Shown piece after piece: positions 24,286-36,650 of a stretch of 64,000 bases of DNA. Source of the stretch: Trypanosoma brucei (Eukaryota); assembly GCA_000002445.1 (NCBI GenBank), contig CP000070.1, forward strand, positions 1 through 64,000, written 5' to 3'. The notes beneath the pieces were generated by a model, which saw only the letters and a program-made list of their open reading frames with translations, was not told the origin of the DNA and did no database searches. The first letter of the stretch is position 1; each line of letters starts with the position of its first letter. Position numbers and translations under genes: made by a program.

Positions 24286-27071
24286 TGTCCTTCCTCAACC
24301 GCTGCTGCACAAAACTACACAAAGAACTAAAAATGATGGGAGTTTCTTATACATAATTATGGGTAAATAGGTATAGAAAGATGTCAGTTCGATGGACGTC
24401 CTTATCTTCAAAAAAAGAAAAATACTCTGGTTGCGGTAAGTATTCACTTTGGAAACCACATCGTAAATATCGCTGATGGTTTGTTATTCATACTCGGCAG
24501 CTCCTCCTTTTGCGTTGCTTTCTTTGGATCCCCTTTCCGTAATGTGGAATTTAACCTCAGCAGAGATAAGTCAAAAAAAATTGAAACGAAAATTAAAATA
24601 TTTAATGACTTTCGTCAATCGCTCAAATGCTGCTATTGTCAATCCTTTTCACGCACGTACATCCAAAACAAATACAATACCTGCCAGTGCACAATGCACT
24701 TCATAAACAACCGATAAGCCGTAGAAATTCGAATGAAGTAAAGGAATAAGAACCCCAATTAACAAAACTATATGTTGGTCACTGATTTCCTCTCTGCTGT
24801 TTATTTTTCTCGTGCTCACAAAAAACGGATAACGAACTATACTCAAATTATTAACTTTCGTTCGTCTCTGAATAACAATAACAATAAAAGAAAAACTAAG
24901 ATTTAGAGTATTTAATATGCGACACACAGTTACATGAAACTATTTTTCACCCGCACAACGGGAAACGTAACTACGGTTAACCCAGCGCCATTACAATCGC
25001 TTCTAGTTTTTGCGCGTAACACTTTCATCCCTCACTCTTTCGGTGAATAGTATGAAAAAGGTCGGGTTAAAACGGCACACGCTGTGATTCAGTTATCTCT
25101 AATTTGTGTAACACATCATCGACCGGGAGCGCTAACCACACGCAATGATGGCAGTGACAACAGAAAGCCCTGAAGGCACGCAAAAAAAAAAAATTGCTTT
25201 CCATGTTGCATCCCGTTCCTGCCCCCCAAACCCTTGACTAGCAGTCGTAGCCCCGAGCCAAAGCAGGGAAAGTGGCAGGTGCCGCCGCAAAAAACAGGGG
25301 ATCGACTCTTCATCAATAAGCAACAGAGCACGAAAATACGTTAAAATTCTATAAACAGTTCCAACATGTAGCATGCTGATGTCACACGAGCAACTAACAG
25401 TATGAACATGTATGGAAGGTGCCTGCACTGTTACCACCGTCATTTCATCTCCTCTACACGCGGTAGTGAAAGTGATGGCACACAAAAACACACATGTCAA
25501 AATGATTCTCTCAGTCTTAATGATGTTCACCAATAATTTCTCGAGGACAAAAGCAAAGAAGCAAGGAAGTACTTTCCCTCCCTTCCTCAGAGTCCTATAT
25601 TCCAAAAAGGAATAGACTAGCCACTAACATTGCTCGAGTTCATAAAAACACAAGCACTCCAGGTAAGCAGTACAAAAAGGAACGATCACACATACGCATG
25701 GGAGTTCACGTTGGTATGCACTTGCTGTTGCGGACAAGCAATTTCTCAACATTAATCAAAATCTCCCTCCCTAATATGATTGAGACACGGATGAAGAAAG
25801 GAATGAAATACCGCACGAAGGTAACGGGGGGAAATAAGTAAACAAAAACACACACAACCTATTACTCTCTTCCTTTCAATACACTTTTGGAATACAATAC
25901 CCTCAAAAAGAAAAAAGTTATGCACAAGTGAAACTGCATCAGTAATAGCAACAATATCTAGTACCACAAAGACTATTATCAGTTGAAATATCCCCCCCCC
26001 CTTCCGAGGAAACAACAACACACAATCAATTCATTCATATGCTTACATTCCCTTTCTCACTATAATAACGATGAGAGTTAGCGTGGTACATTTGTATGTG
26101 CGACCTCATCGTTGATGCATTACCAACCTTGGAACTTTCAAGACAACAAAGCCGAACGACACCCAGTCCTCAGGTCATTTTCGGTTTCCAACGACTGCAT
26201 ATGCTTTTTTGAAGCAGCGTCGAGAAGTGCGACACGTCCCAGCTTCACATTCAGTCAAAAACCAAGAAGTCAGGCTTTGGTGAAGTCCCTTTGTCGGCGA
26301 CACCGCCGAGTTGTCAAAGTCCTCGGGAGCAGTGTAGCAACCAACGCTAGAGTGAGGTTCGTTTGAGATCAACCTTCCCGCCCCTATAGTAGAGTAAACT
26401 CAGCATTTCTGGCGAACTGATAGCTGTGCTACCCCAATTGCGTATAGCACACAAATTGTGTAATGTTAAAAGCCTCGTAGTGCATCTTCCAATCGCTACT
26501 TCACCACGATTTATTTTATCTTGTGAAGTTGTAGTTCCGTCAGAGACCATCCCTCTTCAAGCTAATTTAAACCCGTGAAGTCAACACACCAATTGTTATA
26601 GTCTTCAGTAAACAAATATGATCTCTAAAATCACGTTCAACAAGTCCACATATCACCGTGAGCGAAGCATTCCTTCCAATCACTTGTATCCACTTAACCA
26701 ACATTTAATCTAATTCTGCATGCCGTTCTCCCTATACAACAAAGTAAACTAGTGGGAAACTTAATGCCACTTCACCCTAATGTAAATACATCAAGTCACT
26801 GTTATTATCATTATTTTCAGATAATAATACTTATATATTTTTTTAATCAGCAGCAAGCACACCTTCTGTGGCGTAAAATATCCCTCCCCTCCCCCAATTG
26901 CTTATATGTACCGCATTAAACACCGAAAGAAGAACTCCCGGTATCGCTCATTATATTTTTCCCCCTAGCGGTTGATACTATCTCTTACTTCACCTGAACC
27001 CTCTTTCGAGTCCTTTTAAGTTACCTGGAATAGAACCAAGCGCTCCATTTTTGTTCTTGTTCACTATTTGC

Positions 27072-28415
27072 TCATTCCACTGGAAATAGTTGCTTCAGTT
27101 CCGAGTCCAACTTTTCGAGAGTTTCTGCGTACTGCTTTTCTTCACCCACACCCAAGGGCAATCCCCCCATTTCTTTTGTCACCTGTTCCAGTAGCCTTAC
27201 CCACGGTACGTCTTCATCTCCCCTCCTATCACCCATTAGAACGTAAACCACGCCTGGTCCCGGAACCGGTTTGTGAAAGAGACTGAGAGGCCACATGTGG
27301 TATCTTGTTGTGAATCCCATGTAAAGCTCAGTTCCGATAGAATTATCGTGTCGATGCCCAAACTTATGGGTGAACTTTTTCACCATTTCCTTAAAACCAA
27401 TTTGAAGATCTCGCACAACAGCACATTGTGCTCTGAGGTAGTTCCATCTCTCCCACGAATCCCTATTTGGTTTCCATACTGCGAGATTGGGACCCGCTAC
27501 ACAATTTTGACAGCAAAGTTTGGTTTTTTCCCTTGATTCGACGTCTGTCGCGCACATGCACAACAAATCTCTACTCAATGTCGCCGGTGGGTTATTTACT
27601 GCCGATCGCGTCGCCTTCTGTCTACACACTCCATCCCTGCTTGCTGTGCCCTCTCTAATCTCTTCCGGCTCACGAGGCACACCATACAAAGCTTGATAGA
27701 TTTTTCTCTCCAAATCACCTGAGTGTGGCACCCAAGGGGTTTTTGTAATATCTACGTATACCTGTGCAGCAGTACCTGCTATCTGTTGGACTTTTTCCAG
27801 TGTTCGGTGGTCCAATCTCGTGTTCGTCGAGATTGTTTCTTCCCGGCGTGCTTCTTCCTGAACCTCCTCCTTCGAATGTGGCTTTTGGTCCTCTTCCTTG
27901 GGGTGTATTTTCTGTTTTTCTTCATGTGAGTGAGATTTCCTATCTTCTTCCTTCGAATGTGATTCCTCTTCATCCGTCTCCTCCCAGTCCGACTCCTCCG
28001 GATCTGCGCTTTCGGATCCTTCTTCCTCCTCGTCTTCTGCTTCAGAATCCGCTCCCCTCATACTTACACCCCCGTGCCTTCTGTTAACCAAATCTTTTGC
28101 GGCATCCCAAAACGCTCTGCGACGTCCACAAGTCTCGTCATCGGTATTTTCACAAATCTTGTTCAATATCCCAAGTCCAGCTACTTGTAAACACCTTGCT
28201 CCAATTCTTGTTGCATCTTTAGTCACTTCTCGGGCCTCTTTTATCCTTCGTAATGCATTTTTGGTTACCTTTATCATGAGACATAATGCAACAAATTCAT
28301 CCTCATTGAGGAAGTCACTCGCCCCAGAAGTAGCCGTGTGGAATGCCAACAGCAACGAAATAACAAAAATTTTAATAGCATACATTTTTTTTCCTTGACC
28401 TTTTTTAAATGTCAC
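27072..28415 (-). CDS. VSG-related protein. It has a signal peptide, a VSG-N-terminal-like NEDEFVALCLMIKV motif, an acidic Glu/Ser/His/Lys-rich repeat region and a Cys-rich distal half. There is no GPI signal.
   Basis: The ORF is an intact 447 aa. The signal peptide is MYAIKIFVISLLLAFHTATSG. The motif E-F-x-x-LC-x-x-I-K sits just after the signal peptide, as in VSG N-domains. An acidic repeat follows (EEDRKSHSHEEKQKIHPKEEDQKPHSKEE). The distal half is LLCMCATDVESREKTKLCCQNC. The C-terminus, ...LKQLFPVE, is hydrophilic. Confidence 0.5.
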   Translation of the reverse strand: MTFKKGQGKKMYAIKIFVISLLLAFHTATSGASDFLNEDEFVALCLMIKVTKNALRRIKEAREVTKDATRIGARCLQVAGLGILNKICENTDDETCGRRRAFWDAAKDLVNRRHGGVSMRGADSEAEDEEEEGSESADPEESDWEETDEEESHSKEEDRKSHSHEEKQKIHPKEEDQKPHSKEEVQEEARREETISTNTRLDHRTLEKVQQIAGTAAQVYVDITKTPWVPHSGDLERKIYQALYGVPREPEEIREGTASRDGVCRQKATRSAVNNPPATLSRDLLCMCATDVESREKTKLCCQNCVAGPNLAVWKPNRDSWERWNYLRAQCAVVRDLQIGFKEMVKKFTHKFGHRHDNSIGTELYMGFTTRYHMWPLSLFHKPVPGPGVVYVLMGDRRGDEDVPWVRLLEQVTKEMGGLPLGVGEEKQYAETLEKLDSELKQLFPVE

Positions 28416-31052
28416 CCCTTCTAAAGCAAGAAGGGAAAAATTAAGTCGTCCAACATTTCAGTATGCACTTCACAAAAAGAGTTTATTTGTTAGCGTGGTT
28501 TCAGTTTATGCTTTCAAATACTCCACATTACAGAAGACTACCGGAAATTATTATTTGGGGATGAACGAAAAATAGGCTGTTTTACCTCCGGTTTTCGTCA
28601 CTAAAATATTTGCAGCACTACTCTCTTTCATAGCAACTCTCAATTTAAAAAAAAAGAAATGAAAAATGAAAACTAAACAATACAGAAATGCTCACTTCAC
28701 TCCAAATGGTATCACTACTTTCCAACTTGGTTCAGTGCAACAACAAAGCAGTTTTTTTTATAGTAAAATGCGTCTCTCGTATGACACAGACTTATATGAG
28801 CACTCCAATGTTAATATGTATCGCATCAAAAAGCGTGATAGCCTCACAGAAATTTTTAATTCTTCGTGTAGACAATGCGGGAATCTAATAATGAGTCTAA
28901 TCAAGCCTACAAATATGTTGAATCCCTCACAACTCTCTTCCTCACCATAAATGCTTATTTCGTCCAAAGACATATATGCATAAATATATGCTTCCAAGAT
29001 TTAATATATGCCTTTATAAATGCAAAATGGTTACGGTGGATTTCTCCTGCGGCCATATCGTAGGTATTTTCGATCCAGCCAGATCGAACCCCAGATACCT
29101 CTGCTTGGACTGTTTAAGCATATTTTCTGCAGTGCGTTAACCATTGGTGTGCTATGGAAGTAATCCACCCCCATCCAAGGAATCCTTAACCAGATCGATT
29201 CTGACTTCATTTCGGAATGTGTGGAACGCTCTGACTGACCTCACTTTTTTCACCACCCATATCCTTTTACTACTAGCAAGGAACCGTGCACCCACCCGTC
29301 GGTTTTGTTTATACCGTACCGTAATTCACCTTGAATATAAAAGAAACAATTGTCTTTTTTTTCTGTTACTTTAATAGCGTGCGCACAGAACTTTGCTGCA
29401 GCGCGCTTTTCAGATGCAACCCCCGCTTCGATAACTTTTTCATCCCCTAGTGTAAGTTATCGTGCGTTTTCCTATTATGCCAGTCGCTGTATTTCGTCTG
29501 CGCCGACTCTGACCGTTTTGTTTATTTATGTCCCCCTAATCGTGGTGAACAGCGCACCGTTGGGTCCAGCAAGTCCCCTCCCGTGATGCTACAGCAAACC
29601 CGTGTTTTCGACCCTTACACATCTTTCTATTTTCGTTTTCCGTTATTCCACGTATCCACATCGTTGCCACGGGCCTGCACTTCATCACCACAATCAAAAA
29701 CAGCCGCTTTTTTTTTCTGTTTTTTTTTTTGTGTCAGCACCTCAACGTAATACAATCAAATGCGACCACCGACAACGCATCCCTTATCAGCAGTTCGCCC
29801 CGTGCTTCCTAGAAAAAAAAAAAGTTTCACCTCCACAGGTTGTTTTCGCGCACATCTCAGCCCACTACATAGTAGCGCTGAGAAACTTGACCGACAAAGA
29901 TTCACGCCCTTTCCAACCCTGACACTTGCAAGAATAAAGATGATAGGCGCACGTTTACGGGCGCGCCCATGGTAGCGAAACAGCACTCCCACTGGTGTTC
30001 GCGGAAGTTTCACTGCACTTTTTTGACTTGTGAGACAGACCTTGCAGCTTCAAGTGGAATTTCCGAAACACGCCCCAGCTACAGTTCCTCCACCGTGGGG
30101 CACGCCCAAACTCCCAACGCTATACCCCACTTTCACGATTAGGTACAAAAAGTGAGGAATTAAAATAGCCCCCACGCTTCCTGATGGCTCCGCGCCAAAT
30201 CTTTTCCAGAAACCACCAGGGCCCCACTGCCGTTGCAACATTCCTTGCCTGAATGAAGCCCCGGAGTCCAGCAGTCCCTGTCGATCGTTCAAGCGGCTTG
30301 CCACGTTGGCAAAACATAAAGCTTGGCTGAAAGTTTTCCCCACGCCCTCGCAGGCGTCACTTTCTACCACCATGGAGAGCCGCGATGCTTCAACAACACC
30401 CTAGCAATTTCACCTCAATAAATGCACTGGGTCGCTTTTCGAAAAGCAAGAAAGGCAGAATCTCCCACGCTGCTGCCCCTGGTATCCACTCCTCACTCCG
30501 CGAAAGTACTCTAAACATCGCAAACGTCGCAGCGCTCGTTGAGCGACAGGTGTGTCCTCCATTCAGCCCGCAAGGCAAAAAAAAGGGGACGTGACCTCCA
30601 ACACCACGATTGGATACTTGCAGTGGTATCAATACAGACACGACAAACACAACTATAAATGATATATACGACCCAGTGAAGGCGCCTCCCCACATCAGAT
30701 GGTGGGCAGTGGCAGGTGTCTTAAAGCTTCTTATTGTGCCGGTGTTTTGTGTGTGGCCCCCTTTTTGGCCTTGTAAAGCCGAAAGATCAAGCGAGAAACG
30801 CCAGGATACGATATTGTTCTCATCGGAGCCTTTCCACCCAACAGTACACTATCGGCAGCATAACCAAGTCGAAGGTGTTAAAGAGACTGTGCAGTCCCCT
30901 GCGGTGGTGTTTGATGGCCACATTTGTTGCGTGGATAACCCAAAGGAGGGAACGAGAGATGCTAAAATGGAAAACAAAATATCTCCTGAAACTTCCCCGA
31001 TGTGATCCTTTCAATCTTTTACAACTGATAATAACTACGACCCCGCATCGTG

Positions 31053-31054
<2 letters not shown>

Positions 31055-31087
<33 letters not shown>
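31055..31087. repeat. (CA)16 microsatellite.
   Basis: Direct read. Confidence 0.95.
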
Positions 31088-31088
<1 letters not shown>

Positions 31089-34000
31089 CTGCACCAACCC
31101 CTGATGGAATCCCCAGAATACTCATGTGACCCAGTCCGGTGAGGAAACCGCTCCTAACTTTACCAGCATGAGCCTGGTTATTATGGACACTTCTTGCGCA
31201 CACAACTCCACGACTCATACAGGCTTCGTTGTGTGGCCCGGTTACTTTGGCGCCTTCCTCGACGCATACCTCTACGGGTCACCATAAGATTTAGTGATGG
31301 ACGCGTTATCCCCCGAAACAGTATGCGCCCGCTTTGGTAGTTTAAACTTCAATGAAGTCATCTTTTGATCACTAGGTATCGTGGACAGGTCCAGCCCGTG
31401 GGGTTACATTTCAGCTTCCGTCAACCCGCCTCCGTTTGCGTTAGCGTAAGGTTGCGGGCGAGGAAAAGGTTTCATATATTCTGTTTACATTGGTTAGTGA
31501 CTCAGTGGATCCATCGTTCACGGCCATGAACAGAACAAAGTCGGACACTGTTCTTTTTGCCACACGGTACGGCTATATGGGGCCTTCCCAAAGTATTGTC
31601 AGTTTATAATGACTCTTGCTACCTTGTTGGGTGAAAGTTTCTTACCCACCACATAATTTGTAGATTAGAAAAAAACTTTCTCGGCTGCCCGGAAAATGGC
31701 AACATTTCCCATGGGTTCAAACTCATTAGTATAGAGTATGAATTTCACCGTGGTGAGCACCGTCGATTCGTACCAAGTTGCGTCTCCAATCAACTGAGTT
31801 ATGGATCCTGCTGCCGAAGGTTGGCGCAGAAACCTTTCTCTTTTGTATACGCAACTAACAGTCAACAGAGTCCACAAATCTCCTTTGAATCAACTACTGC
31901 ATTGCTTTGTAATTGGCGCAGGTGGTCGCTGTTAGTTTTTGACGATGCCATGACAGAAATCCCCTTGCTTTCCCCTAACGCCAGTTCAATAGCTTAACAC
32001 TTCCACTTCCCGACACTCCTCAGTATTTTCGATTCCCGTTGAGTAGTTTTTTACCTGTAGTTTAGCCCGTTTATCTCCATGTGCTTTAGTTGGTACACCA
32101 CAGACGCCATTTTCTTCAGCAGAAGAAGGAAATTTCGATCTTCCTGTGGCAACAATCGGCTCAACCATGCGAAACAGTTTGTGTTTCGCGTCTTCTCAAC
32201 CTCTGGCACGTTCTTTACCGGGGCATCTGAGAGTTTTGTCTGTCGTCGGTGGCACATTTTTGACCTTGGTTGCGGCTACCGCTCCTTCTATCAGCGTCTT
32301 GCCGTTTATCACTGGTGGAAGGGTTGGTCCCCATTCTGGGGTGTGCACCGCGTTCAAAAACTTTCGGCCGCTTTTTTTCTGTTGCCGACGATTTGGGTAC
32401 ATGATCTTTCCATTTTTTAAAGACTAGTTCATGCATGACATGTATCCTAACTTCAAAGAGGTCGCCTTTCCCTTGCACTTGTGGGGGATTATCAGCTTCC
32501 TAGTTTAGTTCTGAAAAACAACTGTTCGTAGTAAGAGAAATTACTGGTCTACAGCTATGGATATTCCTCACCAGAGAGTCGCACATTGCTACGTGGATCG
32601 TGTCCCCATTTCTGTTTATACACGCTTCCATCTTGCAGAGCACTTTCCTCTTCCCTGTTACCCACCGTTTCTTGGATTATATACAGGTTGCCTCTTTTGA
32701 TGAGAAGTGGGAGCTTCGATGAGCGGTTGGCATTATTTTTTCAACTCCTGACCCAGCGGTGGCATGGAAGACTCTCGAACTGCGGTTTTTATTCAGCCTT
32801 AGCACGGCGCTCTTCTGCGGCACCTCACAATTCTATTGGGAACTACTGTCCGGGGCGAATTTGGTTCTGCAATTTTTTCTCCTTGCAATTGTCCCTGTGT
32901 GGACGACTCCCATTTCGTCATCCACAAACCAATTTGAGGTTGTCTTGCCTCTGTGAGTTCTTGAGATATGTTTGTCTTATGTAGGATGGTGGGAAATAAC
33001 GTTCACCCGGTTAATGATCTCAGCCTTTCCGTGCCCGTCGTGGCGTTCTCCAAAAAGCGGTTGGGCGCAACAGTGAGCTTTACATGGCGGTCAACCGCCA
33101 CAATGGTGGTTGCGTCTCCCATCAATTTCGGAGTTGACGACCCCTTTAGTAACTTCCACCACGTCCAGGACGAGGCATAGGCTCTGGGGACTCCGTTTTC
33201 AGTGCGTGCGTGTCCGCAACGCTTGTATCCCATCACATTAAAACAAAGGCTTTCCCCTCGGCTGAACCGCGTTTCTAAGGGAACGCAGAAAGTTACTTCG
33301 CCCTTTCGCAACGTTTCTACCGGGACGACCTCCTTCGATTAGGGCCGGAACTTTTTATGTCTCACTGAGCCGCGCGGGTGCCGGAACCAGTGGATTGACT
33401 GGGACCTTCGGCAAGTAACAGAGTGAGGCCGCGGGGATCTTGCGTATGGACTTGTTGGCATGTGCTTCGGTGCGGCAACATGCGTTTCTTGTTAGTGGAG
33501 CGTAGTGTTGCAATGTCCTTTGGTTCGGTTGTCATTGACTTACCTCCAGAGTCGGCCGCTTGTGGCAGGGAAGTAGGGCAGTGTCAGCGTTTCAATTTTC
33601 AGGAATGGGGGTAGTAGTGGGACCTTGTCGTGTTGATATCTAGGTGTTTGGAGACCGTCGGTGATTGTACTCGGTTCCCATGTTATGCATTTAAAGGATG
33701 CTTTCTGTTTTGCCACTTCATCCATTTATTAGGTGGCGTGTGTTGCTGCGTCGGTATTTCCCTTAATATTCTTGAGCCCGATATTACCTATTGTGTGAAT
33801 ATTTTTGCTTTGTTGCGCTTATGTTGAGACTTCTTTGCGTGACGTATTGTGAAGAGTTGTGCCAGCTGCTGTGCTGGACGCTACCGTGCCGTGACGGTCC
33901 CCATTTTGTTACTAGTGTCGTTAGTTTTTCTTTGACGACTCTCAGTTGCTTTACCGGCGTGAATAATAAGGCTATGTGGATGGTGCGGCGGCCTTTTTTT

Positions 34001-34205
34001 TGGTTGGAGCAGACACGGCGTGTTTCTTCGCATGTGTTCTTGTTTAGTCTCCTCTTGGGATTTGTTGATCGGTTCTTTTCTTTCACCTGTTTCCTGTTTC
34101 ATACTTTTATTAACATACCAACTTGATCCCACCACTTTTTGGCGTGCATGTGTGCGTTTGTACTACTTTGTTCCAAAGAATTATACACACTTATCTAAGG
34201 GGCTG

Positions 34206-36263
34206 ATGACGTCGAGACTGTTTGCGGATATCGTTGATGCAAGCAAATGTGCTAAGTTTTTCCCTAAGACCCCTTCTGCGGTTCAAGAGGTCGCAGCTGA
34301 GGCAAAGAGGAGGGCACTGGAGAAACTTGAAAGAATTTATTCCCTTTCCAGTGCGTCTCGAACATTCTTAAATACGGCCTCTGTAGCAGACGTTGCTGCG
34401 GCGGAGATTGGCGTGTCAGCTTCTTTGCTTTCCGTTGCGATGAACGTTTCTCCTGACGAGGCCACACGGCAGGAAGCGAAACAGCAAATGGTTGATCTAC
34501 AATCGTTTTCAATTGATCACTTTGAATCAAACAAGCGTCTTTTTGAATCACTTAAAGCCGTTTCTCAGAGTAATGCATACAGGGATGAATATGTAAATGG
34601 CGGGCGGGACAGGGAGTATTCATATTGGCTCGATGAGGAACTTAAGGGTTACAAGCGAAAAGGAATGGAGCTACCGGACAGCGAATTGGAGAAAGTTGTG
34701 TCGCTTCAAAAGGAACTTTCATCTTTATGTACAACTTTTTCTCGGAACATAAGTGAGGACAAAAGCGAGATTGTTGTCTCAGCTGAGGAGTTGGCAGGAG
34801 TACCTGAAAACGTTATAAGTGGTCTCAGTAAGACTAAGGATGGATTGTTTGTCTTAAAAATGGATTATCCGACCCTTTTTTCAGTGATGAAAAATTGTGA
34901 AGTCGCCTCTACTCGTCGGGAAATGTCGCGTGCCGCGAGCAACAAGGCTTATCCTGAAAATTTATGTGTTCTCAGAGAGATTGTCACGAAGCGGCAGAAA
35001 CTGGCGGAGCTTCTCAAATTTTCTTCCTTCAGCGAACTTAATCTTGACGACAAGATGGTCAAATCTCCTGAGGCAGCGCGAGCATTTATCGATGACCTCG
35101 TCCCGCGCTTGCAGGAGAAGTGGAAATCGGAGCTTGAGCTAATACTAAGAAATTTACACAGCAGCTGTGCTCTGACTGAAGATGGAAGGCTCAGGGACTA
35201 TGATGTGCCGTTTATGATTAATCAGGTTAAAAAATTCAAATTCAACGTCAGTGAGACGGATCTTCAGGAGTACTTTCCTCTTGACACAACCGTGAAAGGA
35301 CTCTTTGATATATATGAAAGATTTTTTGATGTTACCTTTACCCGCGTTGATAACGGTGACGAGCTTTGGCATAAGGACGCGTTTACGCTTCATGTGTTAA
35401 ACAATAAAACAAAGGACACACTGGGCCATGTGGTGCTTGATTTATTTCCTCGTGAGGGTAAATTTTCACACGCCTGTTGTATCTCTGTTGTTCCTCCCGT
35501 TTTGTTGGAGGGCTCTGAGAGCAAGTTTTCTCCTGCGTTATCCGTGGTTCTTGCCAATTTCCCTGCACCGTCCGCCGAACGTCCGTCTCTTTTTCTTCAT
35601 GATGATGTGGTTACCTTTTTCCATGAGTTTGGACACGCTATTCATTCTCTCTTTGGACGGAGTAAAATGGCTACGTTTGCGGGTACCCGCGTGAAGAGGG
35701 ACTTCGTCGAACTTCCATCGCAGATGCTTGAAGAATGGGTTTGGGAAGTTGATATTCTCAGGAATATATCTTGCCATTACAAAACAAAAGAGAAGTTACC
35801 TACTGAACTTGTTGAATCAAAGGTTAACACCCGAAATACTTTCAGTGGTCGGGATTCCCTAAGACAACTGGAGTTTGCTTCGTATTCTCTGGAGTTGTTC
35901 AGTGCCCCATTTGCCAGAGTGAAGGACATAAAGGAGATGGACACTTCTGCACTTATGGCTGACATTCGCAGCCGAATAAATCCACACATTAAGTATGATG
36001 ATGAAACTCACTTTGAATGCAGTTTCGGCCACCTTACCGGCTACGGAGCTGGATACTACGGTTACATGTGGTCCAAGGTGTTTGCTCTTGATGTGTATGA
36101 CTTTATCAAGAATAATGGGGGCTTATTGAACCCTGCCGTAGGGGAGAGATATGTTTCTGAAATAATTGGTGTGGGAGGTGGAAAAGATCCAAGTGAGATG
36201 CTGAGAAACTTCCTCGGGAGAGAACCAAGCAGCGACGCTTTTTTCAAAAGCCTTGGTGTATAA
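34206..36263 (+). CDS. Thimet oligopeptidase, a zinc metallopeptidase of the M3 family.
   Basis: The HEFGHAIH zinc-binding HEXXH motif and the downstream ELPSQMLEEWVWE glutamate region fit family M3A. The product is about 685 aa from the Met at 34206. The six-frame ORF starts at 34020, but that extension is pseudo-translation of a pyrimidine-rich tract. Confidence 0.8.
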   Translation: MTSRLFADIVDASKCAKFFPKTPSAVQEVAAEAKRRALEKLERIYSLSSASRTFLNTASVADVAAAEIGVSASLLSVAMNVSPDEATRQEAKQQMVDLQSFSIDHFESNKRLFESLKAVSQSNAYRDEYVNGGRDREYSYWLDEELKGYKRKGMELPDSELEKVVSLQKELSSLCTTFSRNISEDKSEIVVSAEELAGVPENVISGLSKTKDGLFVLKMDYPTLFSVMKNCEVASTRREMSRAASNKAYPENLCVLREIVTKRQKLAELLKFSSFSELNLDDKMVKSPEAARAFIDDLVPRLQEKWKSELELILRNLHSSCALTEDGRLRDYDVPFMINQVKKFKFNVSETDLQEYFPLDTTVKGLFDIYERFFDVTFTRVDNGDELWHKDAFTLHVLNNKTKDTLGHVVLDLFPREGKFSHACCISVVPPVLLEGSESKFSPALSVVLANFPAPSAERPSLFLHDDVVTFFHEFGHAIHSLFGRSKMATFAGTRVKRDFVELPSQMLEEWVWEVDILRNISCHYKTKEKLPTELVESKVNTRNTFSGRDSLRQLEFASYSLELFSAPFARVKDIKEMDTSALMADIRSRINPHIKYDDETHFECSFGHLTGYGAGYYGYMWSKVFALDVYDFIKNNGGLLNPAVGERYVSEIIGVGGGKDPSEMLRNFLGREPSSDAFFKSLGV

Positions 36264-36650
36264 AACGTCGAAGCCTGATGGCAGACTATTTTTACATTTT
36301 TTTTTTCTTAATACCTGTCTACTTCCTTTTATTTTCAAGTATCAATCTGTCTGAATGTTGTAATGAACTTCTTTCTCCTCCTCCCAAGCATGAAGATTAT
36401 CGCTGGCATGTGTAGGATATATAAACTTCTATCGAACAGGAAATGTCCGTACACATATTTTTAATTTCCCCCGGAGTAACAAATACGTAATGACAGGGAA
36501 GTTGGTGGGAGAGCGCGAGTGGTCGATATGTAGACGCCTTTACATGGTGTTACTCTACATATGTGTATATACGTATATATTTATACGCGGGTACATTCTC
36601 ATCTTTTTTCTACTTATACAATTAAGGTGGCGTTGATTTGAAGAGTAGTC

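Noticed and set aside
34020..34205. N-terminal extension of the thimet oligopeptidase ORF. The same applies to ORF 47760 upstream of the Brix protein and to ORF 62615 upstream of the hydrolase.
   Set aside because: The extensions translate pyrimidine-rich tracts into F/L/S/C-rich segments. These are the trans-splicing polypyrimidine signals. The conserved protein begins at the next Met.
35154..36338. - strand ORFs inside the thimet oligopeptidase gene (35154..35393, 35538..35777, 35777..35989, 36123..36338).
   Set aside because: They are antisense to a gene with an intact HEXXH active site. No independent evidence supports them.
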